DNA of 25,160 nucleotides. Origin: Azolla caroliniana. Its lineage: Eukaryota; Plantae; Polypodiophyta. The stretch's first letter is position 1, and the number at the start of each line of letters is the position of its first letter. The stretch spans positions 1-25,160 of the forward strand of contig JBHGNT010000444.1 of the NCBI GenBank assembly GCA_043228905.1. The letters are read 5' to 3'. Position numbers and translations under genes: made by a program. Positions 1 to 10,038 of the stretch are shown here, in pieces. The notes beneath the pieces are model-generated. The model ran no database searches. It had not been told where the DNA came from and worked only from the letters and a program-made list of their open reading frames with translations.

Positions 1-594
1 AGATGCTCTCCTTCTCGACTATACACGACGAAGTCATTCAGGAATACCTGCATGAATGCCGGATTGAACTCGTCAAATATTACCATGATTATTCGTTGGA
101 AGGTTGTCGGCGCGGTCTTGAGCCCGAACATCATTACCACTATGACAAAGACTCCCCATTCGGTGGCAAATGCCGTTTTGTCTTGGTCGTCGGGGTGCAT
201 CCTTATTTGATTGTAGCCACTGAAACCGTCTAGAACGCTATACACTTCATGACCATGTAGCTTTTTTCGGCACAACAACTATGGGGCTTAACCATGTAGC
301 TTTTTTCACTAGTCGGATAAAACCGACTCATAGCAACTTGTCAATTTCCTCTTTGACCTTGGCCGCATAGTTGGGGTTCATTCGGTAACGTCGTTGTGCT
401 ACCGGTTTGGCATCCTTACTGAGATATATCTGGTGTTGGTACAACTGAGGATCCAGCCCCCGCATGTCTTCATATGACCAGGCGAATACGTCCCGGAATT
501 CCTTTAATAAAGTGATCATCACCGTCTTGTTGTCCGGTGACATTTCCTTAGCAATATGAACCGGTCTTGCGTCGTCCCCGGTTCCTAAGTTCAC
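1..594 (-). pseudogene. pol: Gypsy reverse transcriptase fragment
   Basis: ORF 328-594, then manual translation *VGFIRLVKKATWLSPIVVVPKK / GHEVYSVLDGFSGYNQIRMHPDDQDKTAFATEWG...MFGLKTAPTTFQR...QVFLNDF. Contains a stop, an internal deletion and FLDD>FLND. Confidence 0.92.
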
Positions 595-969
595 TTCTTC
601 TAACTAGGATGCTTTCACGCGTTGGGATACCGCCATCTCCCTCTCCAGAGCTTCCTGTGCTTGCGGTAATTCTCTGATATCTTCCCGATCAATTTCCTTG
701 ACGACATCGTCCGATTGCGTTATATATGGTGACACCGCTTCTGCCACATCGATTTCAAATAGGGGTACAATTTTCGGGTTTTCTTCTAAGTATTGGTCAA
801 CCCCTTCGTCCGCAACCCCCCCAAGCATGTTTACCCCTTCCGCCTATAGCGGTGTTAGCTCCTTGCCAGTACTTGCTCGAGGGTGGGTAGGTACCCTTAC
901 TTTAGTCTTTCCTCGCTGGAAGGTAATCATGTTTTTCCGCCAGTTTTGTTTGATATGCGCCGTTTTTAG

Positions 970-1389
970 CTATGGGCGGTCCAACAACAGTGGGTAAGCC
1001 CCTTGCGCATTGAGCTGGAGAACCACCGCCGAAATGCGGAATGCGTGTCCTCCGATAGTTACGTCTAGATCCCATATCAAGCCGGTAGGTCTTACCAAAC
1101 TTGTATTCGCCATCCGGAGCCAAAACGGGCAAGGCTCCCATTCCTGGATTCCCAGGGTATTACAAGTCCGTAGACTAATCATGTTCACGCCCGATCCTCT
1201 GTCCACAATCATCCCTAGTAGCTTTCGTCCTTTGACGATGGCGATGATTGCCAGACTGTTCATGTCCACCACTACTGGCCCTTCTTCCGGATTTGAGAAG
1301 AACGCAGGAGTTGGCAACGGAATTGGTGTGGTCATTCTTGATTTCAGCCCTTCCGTAAACCGGGGCACTAGCTGTAATAACGGACCCAA
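970..1389 (-). pseudogene. pol: Gypsy aspartic protease
   Basis: IVDRGSGVNMIS (degenerate D-G/S-G motif) ... YPLLLDRP* (LLGRPW motif). Confidence 0.88.
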
Positions 1390-1500
1390 TGGCAGCGTAA
1401 TCTGACATTCTTGTAACGCTTGCCATGTTGGGTTTTCCGGCTGAATCGTGTCGGTGGATTCTTCCGGTTTCTCCTTTTGTTGTTCAAGCTCAGCGACATT

Positions 1501-3369
1501 CTACTCATTTGCCTTCTTCACCCACTCGGTGGCTTGCTTTCGTATTGCCTCCTGTGTTTCCCACTCCGTTATTTTGCCTTTTGCCCTGGTGGTGACTTGT
1601 TGTATGTCGACGACTTCTGCTACCACCATATTTACGACTGGTCTTTTCTCGTAGCTTTTAACTGGACATTGATTATTGTAATGTCCTTCTTTCCAGCAAT
1701 AGTAGTAGTACGCTTTCCGGTTGTTGTTGGATTCGGCGTTCGCTCTAGTACCCGGTTGAGGTCCTATTTGGTGGTCAGTTGGGTGCTTGGCCTTGGTCCG
1801 GTTGTGTACTTGGCGTGACCTTGTCCGGCTACCACTGGCGGTCCTCCTTTCTAGCATTCCATTTTTTATTGAAGCATTTTTTGTTCCGGTAACCTTGTCA
1901 GGCCCGGTTTTCATAATTGCCTTGAGCCTCCCTCCGTTGGTTGTAACCGGGGGAGTGATCTCTATTGTATCGCTCATATCGTTCACCGTTGTAATCCCGG
2001 TAGCTATCCTGCCGGTCTCAGTCGGGAGCGTCCTTTTTGTTGTTGTTTTGGATATCTTGCGCTCATCTCGCCGCCAACGTTCTTCTTCCTCCTCCTGGTT
2101 GCTCCAGGGTTCAATTTGCCTTACTGGTGCCTCTTGCCGGTTTAGCAAGTTATATTTGCATTAGTCCATTGTGTGCATCCTGGAATGGCATAACATGCAC
2201 TGTGTCTGCATTGTACATTCTATTGCCGAGTGCCTGGCATTGAGACAAGTCGTACATTGTATAGCTTGCCGAAAACGTAAGTTGTCTTCTGTCGGTAATG
2301 TACGCTGGAGTGCCCCCACTGTTAGCCACGAGCTTGTTTTCTCCATCTCCTTGACCCTTTCTATGACTTGGTCGATTGTGCTGGTGCGGAAATCAATCAC
2401 TGCGCACACCGTACGTAGGGGTTCCCAGAGTGCTGCTAGGAATATTGCTTTAGCCTCTACCTCCGGGGGTGCTCGATTGAGCTAACTGTGCATTCGCTGG
2501 AACTGGATTATGAATTGTTGAATGGTTTCCGTAGGTTCCTGCCATATGGTGTAGAATAGGCCGGCTATCTCCCATTGATCCACCTCCTTGTTGAAGAACT
2601 ATAAAAATCTGGTTTTTAAGTCTTCAAACGTCGTGATGGTACCGGGAGTGTGCGTCAAGCGCCATCGCGTAGCTGGTCCTTCCAAGGTCATGCCGAACTC
2701 TGCCATCTTCGAGCATTCTGCTTCGGTGGTGGTCAAGCGTTGCGACACGTGGTTTGCTTCCCATGTTTGCAGAAATGCATAGGCATGAGCTTCTGCATCC
2801 GGATCATCTCGGTACTTGGGATATTGGAACGACATGTCGTCGTCCGATGTCAGAGGTCTCCCCTCCGCTTCTTTCGGTGTCAGAGGTCTTTCCTCCTATT
2901 CTTTCCGTGTCTCACATGGCGGTGTCGGAAGTTGATCCGCCACTTGCCGGTCTGGAACTTCTAGTTCCGTTAACTCGGGTTCTGGTGTCGGCAAGGTATC
3001 CGATTGCTCTTCCTCCGGTCTGTCTGGGGTATCGTGGCTGCTATGGTAATTCGAATGGGTGCTGCATTCGCCGTCCGAATCCAATTCGAAGGCCGAGAAC
3101 GGTTCCGAATCGCCGCCCCCTGTCACTAGTGCCTACAGAATGGATTCCGCGTCCCGGAGACTACTCAAACTGCTTCCTTCGTCCGGTTGGGAATTCTACT
3201 GCCCGCGGAGTGACTCTGCGGCCACTTGCCGGATTACCTTGGAAAATGACCGATCCGCACGGATCTCTTCTGCCGCCTGTTGGAAAGCCTCTCGCTTCCA
3301 CAATCGTTCGGCAAGTCTTCTTGCTCGCTCCGTAACCGGGTCATTTGTTGGTCTAGTCATCCATGCCAT
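1501..3369 (-). pseudogene. gag: Gypsy gag, disrupted, with three CCHC zinc knuckles
   Basis: Likely start MAWMTRPTNDP at 3369. Capsid-like YPKYRDDPDAEAH...FGMTLEGPATRW. Knuckles CTTCLNARHSAIEC, CMLCHSRMHTMD*C and (Y)YYCWKEGHYNNQC. Confidence 0.85.
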
Positions 3370-3377
3370 CCCGTAAT

Positions 3378-3830
3378 TTCCTTCCTCACCTATCTCTTTC
3401 TTATAATAATATCTATGATAACTTCATGACATTCTTTCTTTTCTATATACAACACTTCTCTTAAAGTAAATTCTACCTTACTATTTAATATTCTTGTTTC
3501 TAGTACCTGTTTTATATCCGTTGCTGCTTCTATGTCCGAAGTAAGCTTGAAAGATGGGCCTGACTTCCCTTTTACTTTATCAGCTTCCTTCGACTCAGGA
3601 GCACCCTTTTCCATCTCTCTTCTCTTTTTTTGTCGTGTCTCATGTTTCTTTGCTGGATCAACCTCCTCAACTCTCTTTCGCTTCTCTGCCACTAGTACCT
3701 CTTATGCATTCACTTGGGCGAATGTTGATAGTATGTCTACTGGATCATTCCATCAAGTGAAGTTTCATATTTTATCTCGTGCTCTTTTGAATCATCCACT
3801 CGAACCGTTGTTCACTACGTTTGTGCAAGA
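3378..3830 (-). pseudogene. Fragment of a different Gypsy lineage's gag-protease linker, lodged between the PBS and gag
   Basis: Reads ...NFT*WNDPVDILSTFAQVNA*EVLVAEKRKR...FKLTSDIEAATDIKQVLETRILNSKVEFTLREVL...DIIIRKR. AT-rich relative to the adjacent gag. Resembles, from memory, linkers of bryophyte/charophyte Gypsy polyproteins. Confidence 0.55.
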
Positions 3831-3831
3831 A

Positions 3832-3843
3832 TCGTGGTCGCCA
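3832..3843 (-). promoter_or_regulatory. Primer binding site TGGCGACCACGA, probably tRNA-Arg
   Basis: Lies 5 nt inside the LTR end and is complementary to a tRNA 3' end ...UCGUGGUCGCCA. Confidence 0.75.
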
Positions 3844-3848
3844 AAAAC

Positions 3849-4316
3849 TGTGTTATCGCTAGGGCCGGACAATGGCCTAACACAGGGTGTCCCCTTGAGA
3901 CACTTCACCAAAGGGGTGTTGCGGTGAGATAAAGTTAGACAAACTATTAATGGAACCCTAATTGGTTACTAAGCGGCAAGATCATTAGTCACAATACACG
4001 CGTAGGATAAATTACACTTAGCACAGAACGGTAATTAACAATGATTAAGATACAGAACAACAACACTCTATTAATTATCCGCCAATGATTACAATTTAAC
4101 CGGGCCCTTTTATAGGTCTCCAGCTCTAGGTACAAACCGGTGCCAACCGGCAACCGGCCACGAACAGGTCCGGATCCGGATCGGCATACCAATTCCGTGT
4201 CCGTCCGTTCGCTTCTCAAATCATAATAATTCTATATATATATATATAATCAGTTCCCGGTTATTAATTATCCCCCATTTCCCATTCTGGACGTCCCTTG
4301 TCGGCCAACTAACACA
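3849..4316 (-). repeat. 5' LTR of Gypsy Z (468 bp)
   Basis: Perfect 7-bp terminal inverted repeat TGTGTTA...TAACACA. TATAAAAAG on - near 4113. Copia RT coding starts abruptly at 4317. Confidence 0.85.
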
Positions 4317-4676
4317 TTGCATAGAATGGGGTTTGCTCCATCAAAGTCAAACTCTTCATTGTTCATTCGGCTAAGTCGGATTGGACCGATAAGAATTCTA
4401 CTTTATGTTGATGATTTAATCATCACCAGAGCCGACCTTAGAGAAATGCGTCGCGTAAAGTGTCAGCTTGCGGCATCATTTGCCGATTGGGCCAGAAATG
4501 CCGGCGATCGCAGATCAACATCTAGATATGCATTTTCATTGGGAAGTGTTGTGATCACGTGGAGCAGTAAAAAGCAGCCGACAATGGCATTGTCGAGCAC
4601 GGATGCCGAATATCGAGGGGCAGTTGTCGTTACATGCAAAGTCATTTGGCTAAAAAGGCTATTACAGGATCTATGT
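4317..4676 (+). pseudogene. pol: Copia RT (YVDD) fused by in-frame deletion to the RNase H N-terminus
   Basis: ILLYVDDLIIT...LAASF|ADWARNAGDRRSTSRY...WSSKKQPTMALSSTDAEY...WLKRLLQDL. Confidence 0.92.
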
Positions 4677-5582
4677 TGTCGTGAAGTTATTGCTTCACGA
4701 TATCAAAACAATGTCAAAAATCTATAGAAGTAGATTTCCCGTTTGGAGCTTATGACGAGGAGAATGTAGGAATTTTTGGTTCGTGAATGGGAGTTCAGAA
4801 GCCCAAGATACAAGCTTCGGAAGGACTAATGCAACTCGGGACACATATGTAATTATGTAAAAAGGGGGATTCGAAATTAAATAAGGGCTATTTTTGTAAT
4901 TTCTCAAATGTACAACTATAAAATCGAATTTGTAGAATTTTTAAATAAAATAATAATGATAATAATAAAATAACCACCTCAAGAGGGTGGTAGGGCGGTT
5001 GACCACCCTATAAAAGCCACACCCATGGTGGCTAAAGAGGAGGGGTAGAAGGGGAAAAGGAAGAGGAGAAGAAGAAGGGAGAGAAGGAAGGAAGCGAGGG
5101 AGGAAGCTCGCAAGAAGAAGGGATGTAGAGGTCACTCATGAAGCTAGTGACTTGCTAAACAGAAGACAAAAAGTAAAGAAAAAGAGGAACAAGAAGAAAA
5201 CCAAGAAATTGACGTCGTGTATCTCAAATGCGTTTTTGCAAACAAAAGGTTGTGAGTTCAAATCCTCTCAAAACAACTTCTTTTGGTAAACAAATTTTGT
5301 AATATAAATTTGGTATTTATAAGGAGAAAGAAACTTAAATAAAATCTCAAATGCTTCTTCTCAAATAGAGGTTGTGAGTTCAAGTCTTGCCAAGTAACTT
5401 TTGGCAAGTAAATATTGTAAGTGGTGTTTTACAAATAAATTTCTTTTCACGACAATGTCGCATCTATCTTGCTTTCTCGGCTTCTTGTCATCGCACCATC
5501 TGCAATTACGCCTTGTCATCCCAATCAGCCAAGAGTCACAGAACCCCAGCGGTTACGACACACAACCACAATCTTCTCGACA
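4677..5582. mobile_element. LTR-like insertion (solo LTR or deleted element) in Copia Y RNase H, 4-bp TSD ATGT
   Basis: Ends TGTCGTGAA...TTCTCGACA, with ATGT at 4673-4676 and 5583-5586. Removing it restores the frame QDLCVEVSKP. A perfect internal end TTCACGACA lies at 5446-5454, and TATAAAAG near 5008. Confidence 0.8.
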
Positions 5583-6282
5583 ATGTGTGGAGGTATCCAA
5601 GCCAACCGTAATCTATTGCGACAACCTCAGTAGTATCCAATTAGCGAAGAACCTCGTCTTCCACGCCCGGACAAAGCACATCGAGGTGCACTATCATTCT
5701 GTCCATGAGCGAGTCCTCTCTAGAGAAGTCGAACTAGAGCATGTTCCGACTTATCGGCAGGTTGTCGATATCTTCACCAAACCTCTCGGCCTCGACAAGT
5801 TGCGGCATTTTTCGGGTATGCTTGGCCTCCAGCATATTGACATGCCGAACTTGAGGGGGAGGAGTGAAGAAGGAGAAGAGGGAAACGAAGTCCGAAAAGC
5901 CGATTCGGATGATGAATTCAATTTTGGTCCAACTGAAGAAGTCGGTATGTCCAACCAGGCCAAAGAAGTCGTGGACGTGTGGACAGATGGAAGAAGATCG
6001 GCAAATTGTGGGATATCCAGATGCAGGGGGAGGCCAGAGCCAACCGAACCAAGGGGAGGAAAAGTCGTGAAGGGCCAAAACGGTGGCAGAGTCGAGGAGG
6101 ACAAAGCCGACCGAGTGAAGACCAAGACCAAGACATGGGCAGATGTCGTCAAGGGTCTGGAAGTGGACAAATCGGAGATAGTTGATTCGATAAAGAGTCG
6201 AAGTGAATCGAAGTCAGCCGATGCAATCGAAATGTTCGATTTGGAAGAGTCAGATCGATGGGCCACATTGGAAGAAGGGTAG
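5583..6282 (+). pseudogene. pol: Copia RNase H C-terminus plus an ~140-aa charged read-through tail
   Basis: VIYCDNLSSIQLAKNLVFHARTKHIEVHYH...QVVDIFTKPL...NLRG, then an open frame to the stop at 6282. Confidence 0.88.
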
Positions 6283-6552
6283 CCGAAGTTGACACCAATA
6301 CAGAGGAGCCGACGGGTCAAGTGGCGCCTACACGGCAACAACGAAGTAGCTAATAAGGGCGAAAATAGCAAATAAGATGACTGTAGAGGTTGAGGTGCGC
6401 GGAACCAGATGAGTCGAGGAGCGTCGGAGCAGAGGAGTCATGGTACGCAATATTGGACTAGACGAGGAGCGCGAGCGAGGCGTAGGAGCACCAAGAAAGG
6501 ACGCTGGAGTGATGAACCAACTGAAGCTAACACAACGAGACCTCAAGTTGAG

Positions 6553-6564
6553 CTTGAGGGGGAG
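6553..6564 (+). promoter_or_regulatory. Polypurine tract of Copia Y
   Basis: CTTGAGGGGGAG immediately before TGTTG, the LTR start. Confidence 0.85.
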
Positions 6565-7007
6565 TGTTGCGCGAGCAAGCTCAACTCGGGTTGAGTGGTT
6601 GAAGAAGTTGAGAACCAAATCGGTTGAAGACCGACCAGGGAGACCTAAATCGGCTGTAGGACCGAGAACCGAGAGCCGTGTGGTGAGGGACTCGGGTAGG
6701 CCATTAATAAACTATATTCCTAGTACAATAAATAGGAATATTGTACACAGAATTAGTGTCGGGCTCATTTATGAGCATTCAAGTACTAACGGTACTTGTG
6801 TCAACCCACTCGTTAGGGCTTGTATAAAAAGTGTTCACTGAGCACGAAGTATGTACAGAGTATTATTCCTCTTAATATAATTTTGTGTCTGCTCTCTGTC
6901 TCTCTCTCATTCATTCTCTGTGTTTTCGACAATTTACTGAACTATCATGTTTCCGATCTATATACTTTGTCTTTTACGCACGCTTTTGCGCATTGTATTC
7001 TTTTACA
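6565..7007 (+). repeat. 3' LTR of Copia Y
   Basis: Starts TGTTG after the PPT, TATAAAAAG near 6823, CT/T-rich R/U5, ends TTTACA where minus-strand Copia coding resumes. Confidence 0.75.
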
Positions 7008-7476
7008 CTTCTTCCTTGGTCTTCGGCCACTGGTTCCGGAGTCCAATAATTCTTCTTCGATCGAGCCGGTTCTCTGTCCGGGTCTGGCCGGTTCTTCTAT
7101 TGTCATCCGGCTTCTAGCCGGATGAGTCCTTGTATCTTATGACCGATCGCTATCGGTCGACCCGGAGTCCACTATCTTCTTCTCCGAATCCCAGTCGGTA
7201 ATGTTCTTATCTTCCATGAAGATTATGTCTCGACTCCGGAAGACCTTCTTGTTGACCAAGTTCCACAATCGATAGCCAAACTCATCATCACCATATCAAA
7301 GGAAAATGCAAGGTCGGGAATTTGGATCCAACTTTGCTCTCTTGTCCTTTGCAACATGCACATATGCAAGACAACCGAACACCTTAAGATGAAGGTAAGA
7401 CACGTCTTTACCGGTCCATACTCTTTGCGGTGTGTCTCCGTCCAAGGGTGTTGAGGGTGATCTGTTAATCACATAC
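7008..7476 (-). pseudogene. pol: Copia X integrase C-terminus and linker
   Basis: VINRSPSTPLDGDTPQRVWTGKDVSYLHLKVFGCLAYVHVAKDKRAKLDP...CIFL*YGDDEFGYRLW...RSRDIIFME. Confidence 0.9.
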
Positions 7477-8204
7477 TGACAGGAACACACGCTCCGAATG
7501 AACAACGCTCGGCCACAACCGAGCCTAGGATAAAACACAGAAAACGGATAGTGAATGCACGACACAGTGAAGAGAAGAGTACACAGGATGTTAACGTGGA
7601 AAACCCAAACTAGGGAAAAACCACGAAAGCCCACAGACTACAAACTATCACTATATCAGAATGTACAATAGTGAAGCACCAAGGCAACGACCTCGAGCTT
7701 GCTATCTTCGCCACAGGCGGCGGTTACAACAGAGGCAACAACCTCTTCCTCTCTCTCACTCTTTCTGTACACAGTTACGCGCTCTAATCTTGCACCAACA
7801 AGAATGACAACAACACCTCTCACATTACTAAGTTTGCCCTAAGTCATGTTTATACTAATATGACTTTTCGGCTATTTACAAATATAGCCCCGATGGACTC
7901 TCAGAAACATATTTACGAATATGTCCCTTCATCCAGTGAGCACTCCTCACCGGGCCTGCATCATTCAGCGCTTGCCGGGCACACGTCATCCGGTTCTCAC
8001 CGGGTCTTCCGTTGTCGGGTACTTCACATCCGGTTCTCACCGGGTCTTCACCATCCGGCTCTTGCCGGGTACTCATCATCCGGTTCTCACCGGGTCTTCC
8101 GTTGTCGGGTACTTCACATCCGGTTCTCACCGGGTCTTTCGTAGCCGGGTACTCGTCATCACTGTCCTTCTCACTTCCCATCCGGAGGGACATGTTTCCT
8201 AACA
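7477..8204 (-). repeat. 3' LTR of Copia W (728 bp), with four copies of a 22-bp U3 core CATCCGGTTCTCACCGGGTCTT
   Basis: Direct repeat of 11251-11906, roughly 95% identical by eye outside indels. Cores at 7987, 8027, 8077 and 8117. Confidence 0.96.
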
Positions 8205-8206
8205 CA

Positions 8207-8216
8207 CTCCCCCTTC
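8207..8216 (-). promoter_or_regulatory. Polypurine tract of Copia W
   Basis: GAAGGGGGAG on -, 2 nt before the LTR start TGTTAGG. Confidence 0.9.
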
Positions 8217-9049
8217 ACTCCGGCTTGGGATGTCTTACTAGTCCGATCCGTTTCCGACATGCATCCAGCTTGTCAGGTATCAGTACTTTGGTCAGCATAT
8301 CTGACCCGTTCTCGGCCGTGTGGATCTTCATCAGCGCGAACTCTCGATCTTCTACTCGCGCCTGGATCCAGAGATACCTACGCTGGATGTGCTTCGTCCT
8401 GGAGTGGTACGCTGCGTTCTTAGCAATGTGGATGGCACTTTGACTATCGCAATAGAGCCGGTATTCATCTTGCCAGATACCGAGCTCTCCGATGAAGTCC
8501 TTCATCCATAATATTTCCTTGCCGGCTTCCACAGCCGCCATGTACTCCGCTTCCGTGGTTGACAACGCAACCGTCTTCTGCAACCTCGACTACCACGAAA
8601 CAGCTCCCCCTGCATATGTCATTACATACCCGGATGTAGACCGGCTGGTATCCACATCAGCCGACATGTCCGAATCGGTAAAACCGTCAAGTTGAGGTTT
8701 ACCGGAGCCGAATCGGAGACACATGTTTGAAGTGCCCTTCAAGTACCGGAGTATCCATTTGACCGCGTTCCAGTGCTCCTTGCCGGGATTGCTCATAAAT
8801 CGGCTCACCACTCCGACTACGTATCCTATATCCGGTCGGGCACACACTATTGCATACATCAAGCTCCCGACGGCAGAGGCATATGGAACCTTCATCATAT
8901 CATCCTTCTCGACTTTCGTTTTCAGGCTTTGCTTACCGCATAATCTGTAGTTTGTCGGGAGTGTCAATCCGACCGGTTTCGCTTCTAACATGTTGAACCG
9001 TTGAAGCACCTTTGTCACGTATTTCTCCTGTGACATCCACAATTTCCTT
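8215..9049 (-). pseudogene. pol: Copia W RT C-terminus and RNase H
   Basis: LWMSQEKYVTKVLQRFNM...PYASAVGSLMY...RPDI...FTDSD...ALSTTEAEY...CDSQSAIH...RTKHI...DMLTK. One internal stop. Confidence 0.95.
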
Positions 9050-10038
9050 ACCGGTCGACTCAGAGTTCATTATCTTCTTCTCCGACTCCCAATCGGCGAG
9101 CATATTGTCCTCCATGAAGATAATATCTCGACTCCGGAATACCTTCTTGTCGGCCAGGTCCCACACTCGGTAGCCGAACTCATCGTCGCCGTAACCGAGG
9201 AATATGCATGGCGGGGTCTTTGGATCCAACTTTCCTCTCCGGTCCTTAGCAACATGCACGTACGCAAGACACCCGAATACTTTTAGATGCCGGTAGGACA
9301 CTTCCTTACCGGTCCAGACTCTTTGTGGCGGGTCTCCGTCCAAGGGTACTGAGGGTGATCTGTTTATCACATATGTCGTCGTCGACAGTGCGCTAGCATA
9401 CTCCGGACCCTCTCCATTATGGTCTGGTTCATCCTCTCGGCCAACCCATTTAGTTCCAGCGTCTTCGGCACGGTAAATTCGAGTCGGATTCCCTTCGATC
9501 GACAGTACTCCTCGAACTGCCCCCGGTATTCACCTCCGTTATCTGCTTGAACCGCCTTCAGCTTCCGGCCAGTTTCTCTTTCCACTCTCACGTGGAGTTC
9601 TTTGAAGACGGATAACACCTGATCCTTCGTCTTCAACGGTGTGGCCCACAGCTTCCGGCTGTGGTCATCTATGAACGTCACGAAGTACTGCGATCCGGCA
9701 TGTGACTTCGTGTCCACTTTACATACATCAGTATGCACCAACTCTAGTGGTGCATTACGTCTCATCGGTGGCCTCGATCGGAAGGAGGTCCGGTTTTGTT
9801 TACCGGCCAGACAATCAGTGCATTTCTCCAAGTGCACATTCTTCACTGGAATGAGGTTGTCTTCTGCAAGCCTCTTCATTCCCCTCTCGCTCATGTGACA
9901 CAACCTCTTATGCCACAGCTCACCGGCAGTGTCGGATGCCATGTTCACTTCTTCTGGGCATAACCGGGCATTCATCAGGTACAACGTGTTGACCTTCCGG
10001 GCCCGAGCCACAATCAAGCTCCCTTTGCTGAACTTCAT
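9050..10038 (-). pseudogene. pol: Copia W GAG-pre-integrase and integrase, frameshifted near 9387
   Basis: LWHKRLCH...CTDC zinc domain, LVHTDV, ADNGGEY, NGLAER; C-terminal KVFGCLAYVHV. Confidence 0.95.

Larger units (their letters stand above)
1..4316 (-). mobile_element. Ty3/Gypsy LTR retrotransposon (non-chromovirus, Tat/Athila-like), 5' part; degenerate; continues beyond the left edge (element Z)
   Basis: On -, order is LTR (3849-4316), PBS, gag with CCHC knuckles, protease, RT. RT directly after PR is the Gypsy order. RT start DVFAWSYEDMRGLDP...KEEIDKLL is Tat/Athila-like. Confidence 0.9.
4317..7007 (+). mobile_element. Ty1/Copia element, 3' part: RT/RNase H, extended 3' region, PPT, 3' LTR (element Y)
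   Basis: Copia RT/RNase H motifs, PPT at 6553-6564, then TG...CA LTR 6565-7007. Confidence 0.88.

Noticed and set aside
698-3376. Plus-strand ORFs overlapping Gypsy Z (e.g. 2754-3335, 1420-1818)
   Set aside because: Antisense shadows of GC-rich gag-pol with no independent motifs.
5862-6552. env-like ORF of Sirevirus type
   Set aside because: No separate long ORF or hydrophobic transmembrane stretch; the only open frame is the hydrophilic pol read-through.
7987-8138. Regularly spaced 22-bp repeats resembling a CRISPR array
   Set aside because: Intervening sequences repeat each other, the array lies inside an LTR U3, there are no cas genes and the context is eukaryotic.
7860-8443. Overlapping ORFs in and around the W LTRs (also 7296-7634 N-terminus, 11151-11408, 11642-12070, 22278-23003)
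   Set aside because: Frames running through LTR repeats or antisense to pol; chimeric at insertion junctions.
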